From Octopus vulgaris (Eukaryota), in the NCBI GenBank assembly GCA_951406725.2, contig OX597827.1, forward strand, positions 37,014,001 through 37,078,000: a stretch of DNA of 64,000 bases, written 5' to 3'. Made by a program: the position numbers and the translations under genes. Positions within the stretch are counted from its first letter, which is position 1; every line of letters starts with the position of its first letter. Below the pieces are notes generated by a model. The model did not search any database. It had not been told where the DNA came from and saw nothing but the letters and a program-made list of their open reading frames with translations. Below, piece after piece: positions 1 through 12,054 of this stretch.

Positions 1-1413
1 TATATATATATAAGCATAATGTGTGTGCATTTGTATGTGTATTAGTATGGATATGCATACACATTCATATATGTATATGTGTGTGGGGGTGTGTGGGGGT
101 GTATGTGCATGCATGCACACATCCATTAATGTAGTTGAGTTGTTTGTGTATGTGACTGTGTTTTATGTGTATTTGTTCCCCTTCTCCTACAAGAGTTGAT
201 AAAATATGTACCAGTTATGTAGTTGGGGTTGGCTGTGGTAGATGATTATATGACTGACTTTATACTCTCCACCATAAACCTTTGTTAGATGCTATCTTAC
301 ATATTTATATCAAAATATGTTTCCTGCATTCACAATCTACCTCTGCTCTTTTAAGCTTAGTGTTTTAATGCAATTTACTGTTGCAAGCTAAACTTGCTTT
401 TCTCTCTATTTGTATCAAGATATCTGTCCCAAATTATTTGTATCAAAATATCTACACATATCAGCCAATATCTAGTGTCTTCCTCTGCTCTCTTGATATT
501 AGTGTTTTCTTGTTAATCAATGTTAGAGACTTGCTGGTTTTCTCTTCATGTGCAGTGAGTCTTCCATGTTTCACAAACATATTGCAGTATATCTTCTACG
601 CTGACTTCTGGATACGTATCTTTTAAAGAGAAAGAGCGGGGGGAGGGGGAGACCACCTCATTTATTTTGAACTGATGTAGCAGTTTTAAATTTATTCTAT
701 CTTTGAATCTCAGCTCCTGTGTCATTCCCAGGTCTTTTTGTGTCCATCCAAATAGTCTTACTATTGTGTCCACTTCACAGTAGAACTGGCAAAGGACTAA
801 GGCAACTGAGGAAATGTAGTGATTAAGATGATTGACTAATCTTGGCAAAGCTATGTTTTTGGAAGTATAATGTGTATATACACAACTAGGCTCCTTGTCC
901 GATTTCCTTGTCAAGCCTTCCCTATTGCTTCTCATCTCTCTGTCACTGATCCCTCCATCACTTGCCTAACTGCATTATTCTCTGCTGTAATTAAATGCAA
1001 GCAGAACAATATATTTCACCATCATAATTTTCTGTGATATCTATCATATTTCTCAGAACCTAGAGCTACTTTATTTAACATTTTGCCCTCTTTCTTAACA
1101 TTGTCCTTCTCTGCTCACATTTTACATTGATCACCCTTCTGTGCTATCATATTATCTCACCCTCCCCCACACACTACATATGTCTCCTCCCTCACACTCT
1201 TACAACCTACTTACCCACAAGTCTTCCTTTCTCTCATCCTTCCCCTTTCTACTTTATCATTACTATTCTTCTGATGTTCTTCACCCCTGCCTCACATACA
1301 AACACATATGTCATGAATGATGCATGTGTGTTTGTGTGTGTGTGTGTGTTTGTATAGTGTACTATTTGGTGAGGTTAACAAAAATGTACTCCATCTGGTG
1401 AGAGATAAATATA

Positions 1414-1705
1414 ATTTGATAAACACAATATATGTTTTTATGCGCTACTATTAGCTTTATGTGCTGAGAGCAGGCCAGACACCATTCTTAACATGTCTGG
1501 TATCCTAGCACAATCTTCAGACACTAAAAATGAGATAATAGGATGAGAAAAAGTGAGCTGTTGTCCCATTTTTAGTTTGTTATGCCATGTCGGCAGTGTC
1601 TGAAGAGTGTGCTAGGACACCAGGCATGTTAAAAAAATAGCTCTGGCATACTCAGCACATGAAACTAATAGCAGCACATAAAAACATATACTGTGTTTAT
1701 TAAAT
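1414..1705. repeat. Foldback palindrome / MITE-like element with ~110-bp arms
   Basis: 1414-1525 matches the reverse complement of 1595-1705 (e.g. cctagcacaatcttcagacact / agtgtctgaagagtgtgctagg); mismatches are mostly transitions. Confidence 0.85.
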
Positions 1706-1892
1706 AAAAAATATATATTATTTGCTTGTTTCTTTTACATATGTTGTTCCATGCTATCATGGGTTAGGTGAGTGCATATTATTAAGACATTGTTTTATAG
1801 CTCATTGCCTCTTCATATACCCTTACTGCTTATCAAGAGATTTTTCTTCTACACATCTTCAAAAGCACAGAGGGCTTGTGCATATGTATGTA

Positions 1893-3032
1893 CAAGGTGT
1901 TCAGGATAAATTTGAAGAGTTATTTTAATGTTTCCTTTTTTCAGGAACAGCTTGATGTTTTGGTGAACTGTCAACAGCGTTGGAGAACATAAAGATTAAA
2001 ATTGTAGTTGAGTAAAAGTTAGTTGACATTTAAGACTGGAAACCACCTGAATATTGGAAAAGGGTTACTTGTATCATAATGATTTGTGCTGGATATCAAA
2101 ATGCTGACATCATGACTGCTGCTCAATGCTGTAAAGGCTGTAAGACATGACATGGACAATTACAATGGAGACTACAAAGTTGTGGCCAGCAGGATGGAAC
2201 ACAGCAAGAATTCTGACTGCATCCATATGCTGGAATTTATCCAACTGATGAACAGGGCCTTAGGCTCAATTCAGACACTATGTGAAGCTGCTGGAGACAT
2301 TGCTGCTGGAAGGCCATATATGTGTGGCAGCAGGATTTGGTTCATTGACACACCTCCATTGCTGCTGGAAGGCCATATATGTGTGGCAGCAGGATTTGGT
2401 TCATTGACATACTTCCAGAAAATGTCAGAAGTGGTCATTGGAGAATTTCTACAACTTCTGATTTCCTAATTTTCTCAATTGTAATCCCACGAATTACTAT
2501 ATGTGAAGCACGGTTAAGGAAAACACCAACTGCTATGCCTGCATCACCAAGGCCGAGCTGGTTGCTAAGAACAAAGGCGGCGAACTAGCAGAAACATTAG
2601 CACGCCAGACGAAATGCTTAGTTGCATTTTGTCTGCCGTTACGTTCTGAGTTCAAATTCCGCCGAGGTCGACTTTGCCTTTCAATCTTTCGAGGTCGATA
2701 AATTAAGTACCAGTTACGCACTGAGGTTGATGTAATCGACTTAATCCATTTGTCTGTCCTTGTTTGTCCCCTCTGTGTTTATCCCATTGTGGGTAATAAA
2801 GAAATATAAGATCAAAGAGATATTCAGAGATCATCTTAAAGACACTTGTGCCAGATTCTGGAGCCATCTGGAGGACATGGCGGAAGCTGAAGGTGGCTAC
2901 TGTGAGCAAATTGTAATCTCCCAGCCATAATCTAGTTGATATTTTTTGCTTTTTTAAAATACTTCTATTTTTGGATGGGATATTGTTTTCTTTCCCTTTA
3001 TGCAAACTGTCAAATTTAGCCTGAACACCTTG
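1893..3032 (+). mobile_element. Degenerate Tc1/mariner-superfamily DNA transposon, interrupted by a SINE
   Basis: TIRs caaggtgttcaggataaatttga and tcaaatttagcctgaacaccttg, with TA on the left. Decayed transposase motifs resembling WQQD..HTSRKCQKW and NP.NYYM at ~2370-2510. Confidence 0.8.
2574..2809 (+). mobile_element. tRNA-derived SINE, family A (central motif gtcgactttgcctttca..gaggtcgataaattaagtaccag)
   Basis: B-box-like gagttcaaattcc plus a central motif found again at ~10765, 26647, 31325, 58870 and 61100. Possible TSD taagaacaaag/taagatcaaag. Confidence 0.85.
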
Positions 3033-3568
3033 TCCATATATCTATATCTGTCTATCTACATATAAGTGTGTGTGTGCATGTGTGTGTGTGTATGTGTGTT
3101 TGTGTGTGTGTGTGTTTTCTTCTGTTTTTAATTATTTCAGTTCTTCCTCTGAGGAAGGAGCTAGTTTCTAATAAAAATACAGAGTTCCATGCATGTAGAC
3201 ACACTGATGATAGAGAGTTGATATATATGTATATGTTATAATTTTCTGTGGAGTGTATAGAGCAGTGTTGTAACTGTATCCCACAGAATTATATCAGTCT
3301 TCTGATAAAGCATGTTGATAGAATCAATATCTTTGTGTTACATTGATACATGTGAAGAATGTAATGTAGGGATGCTGGAGTATTTCACAAATAAATGTCT
3401 TTCATTACTTAAAAAAATTGCTATCTGTACATCAATATAACAAGTAGATGGCATTATCCTTTCTCTCTGTCTCTCTCGCTTTCTGTCTCTGTATGTGTCT
3501 CTCTCGAGGAATTTTACATTATATAGTTTTTAGACATGTTCATTTGTTGAGTGTTGTAGTCATGTCTT

Positions 3569-3951
3569 GTGGAGGCGCAATGGCCCAGTGGTTAGGGCAG
3601 CGGAGACGCGGTTGTAGGATCGCGGTTTCGATTCCCAGACCGGGCGTTGTGAGTGTTTATTGAGCGAAAACACCTAAAGCTCCACGAGGCTCCGGCAGGG
3701 ATGGTGGTGATCCCTGCTGTACTCTTTCACCACAACTTTCTCTCACTCTTACTTCCTGTTTCTGTTGTACCTGTATTTCAAAGGGCTGGCCTTGTCACTC
3801 TCTGTGTCACGCTGAATATCCACGAGAACTACGTTAAGGGTACACATGTCTGTGGAGTGCTCAGCCACTTACACGTTAATTTCATGAGCAGGCTGTTCCG
3901 TTGATCGATCAACCGGAACCCTCGTCGTCGTAACCGACGGAGTACTTCCAA
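3569..3951 (+). mobile_element. Young full-length tRNA-derived SINE with an 11-bp TSD
   Basis: A-box tggcccagtgg, B-box gtttcgattcc, CpG-rich body. Perfect TSD agtcatgtctt at 3558-3568 and 3952-3962. Confidence 0.9.
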
Positions 3952-4594
3952 AGTCATGTCTTATTTTCCCTTCAACATTCACTCAATATCACTGGATAAG
4001 TTGGATGAAAGGTATTGAGTTCATATTTGTATGGTTGTATTACTGTTTAGCCTCAAGTGAAATCGTATGAATCAAGCCTATGAGCAAAAATATTCCAGGC
4101 ATGACAGTCTCATCAACATAGAACATCTACATAGAACTATCTAATGTGGCCTTTTTTTCTTTTGTAAGATAGTAGGATATGATTTGAGGCACAGTTTGCA
4201 TGCTATTTCTACCAGAAGTGATGGTGGTAATGCTTGATTCAAGTCATGTGGGTGGATGTCTCCCTTCTGTCCAGGGTATTGTGAGCTATTTATTATTTAT
4301 TGCTGCATTCACATTTTGATATACCTTGTAAAAGAGTCCTGTTGTGTGTGTGTGTGTGGAGGGTGTGTGTGTATATGTATCTAATATAGTGTGTGTGTGT
4401 GTGTGTGTGTAATTGGTATTCTCTCCAGATTGAGCCACTACTCTGCAATGAGAGGTTACAGCTCCAGTACTACAGATGTGATTAGAATGTCACCAGAAAG
4501 AATTGCAAGGCAGAGTCTTCAAGCTGAGCCAACCAACAGGAGACTTTGGGATGGGCCATGAATGAGATGATTAGATAATATCCATACACACACA

Positions 4595-7500
4595 CAAGGT
4601 ACATTCCAGAAGTTTTAAGACTTTTTCAGGAGACACATTTATTAATTTCAAGCGAGTAGATAACTCTTCTCCAAAGTAAGATCCTCTGATTTCAGTGCAC
4701 TTATTGTAGTGTTCCAGCCACTTAGTGAAGACCCCCATGGAAATACTCTAAAGTGAATGTGTCCACAATCTTTGTCACAGCTTCCTTCATCCTCAAAACA
4801 ACTGTCCCTGACACTCTCCTTCAGCTTGGGAAACAACCAAAAAAGATACTAGAGTACAGTCTGTACTGTAGGTAGGATGAAGGACAGTTTTGTTGCCCAT
4901 CTATGTCAAGTAGCTGGTTACAAGATACTCATCACTGAGCACATTGGGAATAAACTTTGCACAAATTTTTCACATGTTTAGATTATCATTAACTAGCAGT
5001 ATCATTAGATTAGGTAGGTTGTTCACGAATGTCCTCCTAAAATTGGAGTGACATGCATGCTAATTTGTGGACGTGCGTAAATTACAATCACGTACACACA
5101 CACACACACATCCTGCCTTATATATATTAGATTATCATTAACTAGCCTTGCTCGAGATTAAGTTATGATTATTAAGCTAATCAAGTTCTTTATTTCAAAC
5201 CAAACTAAGTAATATCGACGTCAAATTTGGGCGAAATCCGTTGAAATTGGTAGGGTTATTTAAGGAAATAAAGATAACTTCTGTTATATGCTTGAAGGCT
5301 CTGCTGTCAGGTGTTTGTAATGTTCATGAGATATCTGAAAGGCAGTGCTGATATGTTAAATAAACGGATTCTCAACAAAACACTTTTTTACTCGGTGTAA
5401 AATATAAACAAAACTCTTTCGCACCCAAAGTAATATATATGTGAGGGGGGGGGGAGAAAGATGAACGATTTAAAATAAAATAAATAACTTAAAATAAATA
5501 TATTGCAATTGTTGTGTGAGAAGGTATATATACTCTGATTATAAAATATAGTGTCTTTCAAAACCTTCCTAAATTTGAATACTATATTTCGTGTTTAAGA
5601 AAAAACAAAGTATTTTACATTTTATTTTTTACTAGCAGTATAACCTGGCCTTGCCCGGGATTAAGCTACGATTATTAATCTAATCAAGTTCTTTATTTCA
5701 AACCAAACTAAGTAATATAGACGTCAAATTTGGGTAAAATCTGTTGAAATTAGTTATATTATATATATATATTATATATATTATATATATATAATATAAT
5801 ATAAATATATATGGGCAATAGACACGAACACACATACACACACGTACGTACGTACACCTATGTTCATAAACAGAAATGAATGGAAAAAATGTTGTTAAAT
5901 TTGTATGTAGATTAACACTCGCACAATTTTCACTAAGAAAAAAAAATTTTTTTTTGCATGGAATCAACTACTCTGGCCTCAAGACCCTTTTTGTGGCTCG
6001 TGAAATGGAGTGGGGTGTGGTGGAAGCCTTGCAAATTGTACCCATTTATATTGTGTAATTCACTGACAAATTGTCACTCACCTCTTTGTTTCTTCGTTGT
6101 TAAATAAATGGATTGTCAACAAAACACTTTTTTACTCGGCATAAAATAAAAACAAAACTCTTTCGCAACCAAAGTATTGTGTGTGAGAGAGAGGGGGGGA
6201 TGAACAATTTAAAATAAATAAATGATTTAAAATAAATATATTGTAATTCAGAAATATTAAATTTCTAAATATCTCATAGAGATATGTATGGTGGTGGAGC
6301 GATAGAGTTGTTGTCTACTGTCAACTTAACGTGACAGTAGACAACCACTCTATATTGTAATTGTTGTGTGAGAAAGAATATGTACTATGATTAAAAAATA
6401 TAGTGTGCCTTTCAAAAACAAAAAAACAAAACATTTTACATTTTATTTTTTATGAACATAGTCACTAACTCTCTCTCTCTCTCCTGCTCTCACTTTGTCT
6501 TTCCCGTGAAACTCTCTGCCTCCTTCTTCCACTTTTCTTTATCTTATTTCTTTTGTTAGACGCTGTCAAAAAAGCAATGACTCTCTCTCTCCCTCTCTCA
6601 CTTTGTCTTTCCCGTGAAACTCTCTACCTCCTTCTTCCACTTTTGTTTATCTTATTTCTTTGTTTTGTTAGACGCCGTCAAAAGCAATGGCTGATATTTG
6701 TCATGGTTAAAAGCTATGGTTGAGAATGGTTGAAAATAGATTTTTACCCTATCCACGGGTACCTCGGGGAAAAAAATAAGTTGTCAAAACCCAGATAGGA
6801 TGTTGACAAATGTCCTCCTGAAATTTGAGCGACATAGTGCTAATTTGTGGATGTGCATAAATTACAATCACGTACACACACACACTCACACATGCACACA
6901 CATCCTCCCTTTTATTGATATGATGAAGGCTGTGACTTACTTTCCCTCCCCCTCTCTCTCACTTTGTCTTTACCTTTTTTTTTGTTAGACGTTGCAAAAC
7001 ACTCTCTCTCCCTCACATACACATACATCAACACACAACTTCTCTCTCTCCCTCACACACACATACTTTCGCTTGGCTATGGTTAGAAGGGACTTAACTC
7101 ATGTTAGCAACCTTCAAAATAGGTAAAGGCTATGGCTGAAAATAGATTTTTACCTGTATCCGCGGGTGCCTCGAGGAAAAAATAAGTTGACAAAACCCAG
7201 GTAGGTTGTTCATGAATGTCCTCCTAAAATTGGAGCAACATGCATGCTAATTTGTGGATATGCATAAATTACAATCATGTACACACACACACACATCCTG
7301 CCTTATATATATACAGATAATTTTCTGTACAGTTTCCAGACCAACTGGAAACTGTACACTTACTACCTTTATAGACACCTGACAGTTATTATCCAGAAAA
7401 TTGTGAATTTTCTCAACCAACTCTGATGTTCTGGTATTTCTCTCCCTCCCACACCTTTTGTCATCTCTCACTTTCTCTCTATTGTTCTTAAACGTCTTGT

Positions 7501-7825
7501 ATCTGTGAAAAAGTTAATCCCTAAGCAGACTTGAGCATTTTATAAGTTTCTTTAGCTTTTTTTCCCCAGTTTAACACAAAATGATATTGCATAGACAGCT
7601 TTGAAACTTCCCAACTACATTCTGTAAGCTAGTAAGCTGTGACAAGCAGTATCACAAATAGGGTGTGTTCAAAGTGCTGTTACAACCATCTCCAATCAGG
7701 AATAACAAAATTTGGTAGGTCAGCTTATTAGGTGTATAGTAATGATATACCAATATTACAATAATCTAGGACAGTTATAACTACTTTTATTAAAAACCAT
7801 CTCAAAACTTCTGGAATGCACCTCA
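4595..7825 (-). mobile_element. Degenerate mariner transposon split by a Helitron stack
   Basis: TIRs (c)aaggtacattccagaagtttt and aaaacttctggaatgcacctca. Transposase remnants DDKRCGR..TVQKI (7320-7471) and FPKLKE (~4830). Removing 4993-7317 restores TVQKIINDNLNM*KICAKFIP. Confidence 0.85.
4993..7317 (-). mobile_element. Composite/tandem non-autonomous Helitron
   Basis: On the minus strand: 5' TC ends at ~5131, 6918 and 7317; 3' CTAG ends at 4993, 5142 and 5632, the last with the GC hairpin cccgggcaaggccagg. Inserted at A|T without a TSD. Same family as 11082-12054. Confidence 0.85.
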
Positions 7826-7849
7826 CATATATTTGTATATCAAAAGAAT

Positions 7850-8085
7850 CAAAGGTTCTTCCCAAGTCATTGGTTCATAAGGCTGGTTTCTTAGATTCTG
7901 TGGTGTATATACTCCCTAGCTGACAGTCCAATGTTGGATTACACATTTTTTGTTAGCTGAATTGGAGCAATATGAAATGAAGTGTTTTGCTCAGGAACAC
8001 AACACATCACCCAGTCCAGGAATTGAAGCCTCAATCTTACAGTCATGAATGCAACACACTGATCACTCAGCCACACACCTCCAGA
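7850..8085 (-). mobile_element. Degraded tRNA-derived SINE
   Basis: Minus strand begins ggaggtgtgtggctgagtg (A-box), then ggcttcaattcc (B-box) and ttgtgttcctgagcaaaacactt. Confidence 0.65.
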
Positions 8086-9279
8086 TACACTCAACATACA
8101 CACACATGTACAATCATGAATCCAACATCCTAATGACTAAGCCATAGACTAACACACACTCATTTTCTCTCTCTCTCTCTGTCTCTCTCTCTCTCTTATA
8201 CACACACACACACAGGGATATGTTAGCATGCATGAACATTAAACTATAAACAAATTGGAAGGTATACTGAATATAAGGGGAATTACATGTAGCATGCAAG
8301 ACTTTGGAGGAGGTGAAAAACGATGTCAAGATGTTACATCTAGCAAAGAAGATGACAGAAGCCCATTTTGACTGGTGACAGATGGTGCTGTAGAAAACCT
8401 GACATCTGGCACATGCTTAGTGAAACACATGTTAAAACAGAGGGTAATACATGCACCCTACCCTTGCATATTTCTTTGTGCATGCATCCCTTCTTCCCAA
8501 CTGTCTATTGTCCATTCTATACCCTCACATCTATTCTGCTAGTATCTATCTATTCTGCTAGTAACTGTACCTGTTCTATACCCTCTCATTTCCCTATTAT
8601 TTCTTTTCACACCTTCATCATGGTACATCATTTATAACTTAGAAGAAAGTATTCAATTTGTGGCTATTGAATATCACCATTTCCAATACTTTCATCACCT
8701 ATAGCCTGTACCCTTCCTTTCTCTTTCTCCATGAATCACTACGATAGAGTGGGGAAAGATGCGTGCTGGCAGTCTTTACCCAATCTCCCTGATTTGCCTG
8801 TCTCTATATTTTCTTGGTTATGATACCTTTGTGATCTACTCTTTGTTGTCTTATACCTCCTTTGCCTGTTACTCTACCCATCCATATATTACATTGGGTA
8901 GCACTGCATCTCCTCCAACTCAACCTGTCTCACTGCCCTAATCCCTTTCTGACTCTCTTTTACAAATCCCTGACACTATCTTTCCCTTCCCTTCCTGTTA
9001 TCCACTTCTCAGATTGTCTTAGTGTCTCCTACCTCCCTCTCTTAGCAACAAACCTTTGTAACTCCAATAAAAACTATCTTGGACTCTGGATAAACTAGCC
9101 AACCCATGCTACTATGACAGATGGAGACCCACCACATCACTGGGTCCACCTACTTAATCCACCTCATCATCATTAACACTTTGTCCCTTTCCTCCTTTAC
9201 TCTTCCATTTCTCCATCACAGCACTGTTCTGCTATATTCCTTCATTACTATCTCAGGTCTTCCATTCAATCTGTCGTGG

Positions 9280-9630
9280 GAGCTCTTGTTAGCTTAGCAA
9301 GTGACATGATAACTCTTACAGGGCTGGTGCCACAAAAAAGCACCCAGTACACACTGTAAGTGATTCATGATTGATTTGCAACAAAAATGCAGCACTTAAT
9401 AGATGAACTCTTTAGTCTTGGTGATAGCAAGACAACCTCAGAAGAGTTGGTGTCATGAAAAAATGCACCCAGTACACACTGTAAAGTGATTGGCCGTAGG
9501 AAGGACAGCCATCTGTAGAAACCATGTGAAAAAGAGACACCAGAGCCAAATATGATCATCCAACCCCTTGAATCCTCTCTAAACCATTCTACTCATGCCA
9601 ATTTAGAAAACAATGATGATGATAAGAGGA
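9280..9630 (+). mobile_element. RTE-LINE-type 3' UTR fragment
   Basis: ggtgcc..aaaagcacccagtacacactgtaa..ggaagg..ctgtagaaacc with a (GAT)n tail; same family as 16925-17870. Confidence 0.65.
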
Positions 9631-10764
9631 TGTTACACACACACACACATGCATATTCATAGATCCAATACCATCATGGAAAGTTGTATATGACTATGTT
9701 TATGTTAATAATGATGATGGTAATATATGTATCTATATATTTATTTGCATGTATGTTTGTGCAAGCAGAAGGAGAGAGAGAGCGGGGTGATGACAAATAT
9801 CTTACTATATTGATAACATAGCTAAACATGTGACAACTATGACAGAAATATGAAATCTGGAATATCCAATCAAAAACAAAAGACACAATGAACCAATCCT
9901 TCATTTCTTTTCCATTAATTCAAAATGCTATTGCCAAATCTGACAGTTCAACATATCTCTTAGGGTGGAAGTTAAAGGATTTGGTAACCTTATCAGGTTG
10001 GTGCCAATACAGACTTGGCTGAATTTTAATATATTTTAACTTAGAACCCATAACAAAGGGAAACAATAATACATTAGAAATCAACTCTATTTAGATCTAT
10101 CTATATATCCCACAACCTATTTTTAAGATGATCAGGTAGACTTCAAAAGACATTTTACTATTTCTAGCTTGTTGAGCATGTCATAGAGACTCCCTTACTG
10201 CTGCTACTACTGCTGGTGTTTTAAACAAATCAGCCTTGATGAAGCAGGCCATAACTAAGACAGTCAGTACATCTATGACTATATTATTCAATGTATCCTT
10301 CTTGGGATTTGGGGGAGGTTCAGCTGGTGTTTCCATTGTGTTGAGTAACAATGTAGAAGTGGTAGTGGTATTTTTGAATATTCTTTTATTGCCTTCAACC
10401 ATGCTGGAGTTTTGGGGTTTTAATCTATTCTAATGATCCCCATACTTCATTTGGTAATTATCTTATTGTTATTACATGAGATGCAAGAAAAAGTAGGCCT
10501 TAAATGTAAAGGGATGTAATCAAGACAGAAGCAAATACCACAAAGCATTCTACACTTTGTTGAAAAAACATTTCACTTTAATATCATGGAGTTTGAACAA
10601 GTATAATAAGGTTCCTTCACTGTGTAAGATGTAATGCTTAGAGTTAAGAAATCTGTTTACCAATAGCAGGACAACAACTCTGATAATAATAATTAATAAC
10701 AACAACAACAACAACAATAATAATAATAGCAACAATAATAATAACCATAATAATAGTAATGATG

Positions 10765-10905
10765 ATGATTTCAAATTTTGGCACAAGGCCAACAACTTTT
10801 GAGGAGAGAGAGAAGTTGAATATGTCAACTCCACTACTTGACTGGTACTTATTTTATTGCTCCTAAAAAGATGACAGCTAAAATTGACCTCAACAGAATT
10901 TAAAC
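10765..10905 (-). mobile_element. SINE family A, 3' part
   Basis: Reverse complement of the central motif (ggtacttatttt..aaattgacctcaacagaattt); tail runs into (TAA/CAA)n. Confidence 0.65.
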
Positions 10906-11081
10906 TCAGGATGGACCAGTACCCTACAAAAGTGATGACCATCAAAATAAAGAACTGGGCATTATTCCTCATGTCCTGCAAATAAAATCAAAAAGCATAA
11001 ATGGACACGTGAGGAATATATTTCAATCCTACACACTTATTTTACAGCAGTGTTCTACCCACAGAATGAAAACACATCATA

Positions 11082-11861
11082 TCTATAAAAGGGAGGATGT
11101 GTGTGCATGTGTGTGTGTGTGTATGTGATTGTAATTTATGCACGTCCACAAATTAGCATGCATGTCGCTCCAATTTTAGGAGGACATTTGTCAACATCCT
11201 ATCTTATTTTTTCCCCCGAGGCACCTGTGGGTAGCGTAAATATCTATTTTAAGACATAGCTTTTAGCCACGAAAAATATCAGCCATAGCTTTTTTGATGG
11301 CGTCTAACAAAAAAAGATAAAGAAAAGTGGAAGAAGGAGGCAGAGAGTTTCATGAGTAAGAGAAAGTGAGAGAGGGAGAGAGCGAGAGTAAGTTATGACG
11401 TTCATAAAAAATAAAATGTAAAATGTTTTGTTTTTTTGTTTTTGAAAGACACTATATTTTATAATCATAGTATATATACTTTAGTGAAAATCGTGTGAGT
11501 GTTAATCTACAAATTTAACAACATTTTTTCCATTCATTTCTGTTTATGAACATATATGCGTGCACAAAACATGCAATAGGTGTATGTACGTGTGTGTATG
11601 TGTATTCGTGTCTGTTCCTCATATATATTTATATTATATTCCCTCTCTCTCTTTCGGAGAGGCACAAGCACCTACACGCACATATACACACACAGCAGTA
11701 ACTTCCACCTACCGAATTCAATCACAAAGCTCCGGTCAGCTCGGGGCTATAGTGAAAGACACCTACCCAAAGTGCCATGCAGTGGGACTGAACCCGAAAC
11801 CATATAGCTAGGAAGCAAGCTCCCTAACCACACAGCCATACCCGCATTATATATATATATA

Positions 11862-11932
<71 letters not shown>

Positions 11933-12054
11933 CTAATTTCAACGGATTTTGCCCAAATTTGACGCCTATATTACTTAGTTTGGTTTGAAATAAAGAACTT
12001 GATTAGCTAAATAATCGTAACTTAATCCTGCGCAAGGCCGGGTTATACTGCTAG
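11082..12054 (+). mobile_element. Non-autonomous Helitron inserted in the Dong element
   Basis: a|TCtataaaagggaggatg ... cctgcgcaaggccgggttatactgCTAG|t, with no TSD. Homologous to 4993-7317. Confidence 0.9.
11690..11846 (-). mobile_element. tRNA-derived SINE head nested in the Helitron
   Basis: Minus strand: tggctgtgtggttagggagc ... gggttcagtccc ... gcactttgggtaggtgtctt. Confidence 0.75.

Noticed and set aside
381-626. ORF or exon ending YIFYADFWIRIF
   Set aside because: Non-ATG start, weak splice sites and no recognisable homology.
3569-3645. tRNA gene
   Set aside because: The A/B boxes belong to a SINE head that continues into a body and has a TSD.
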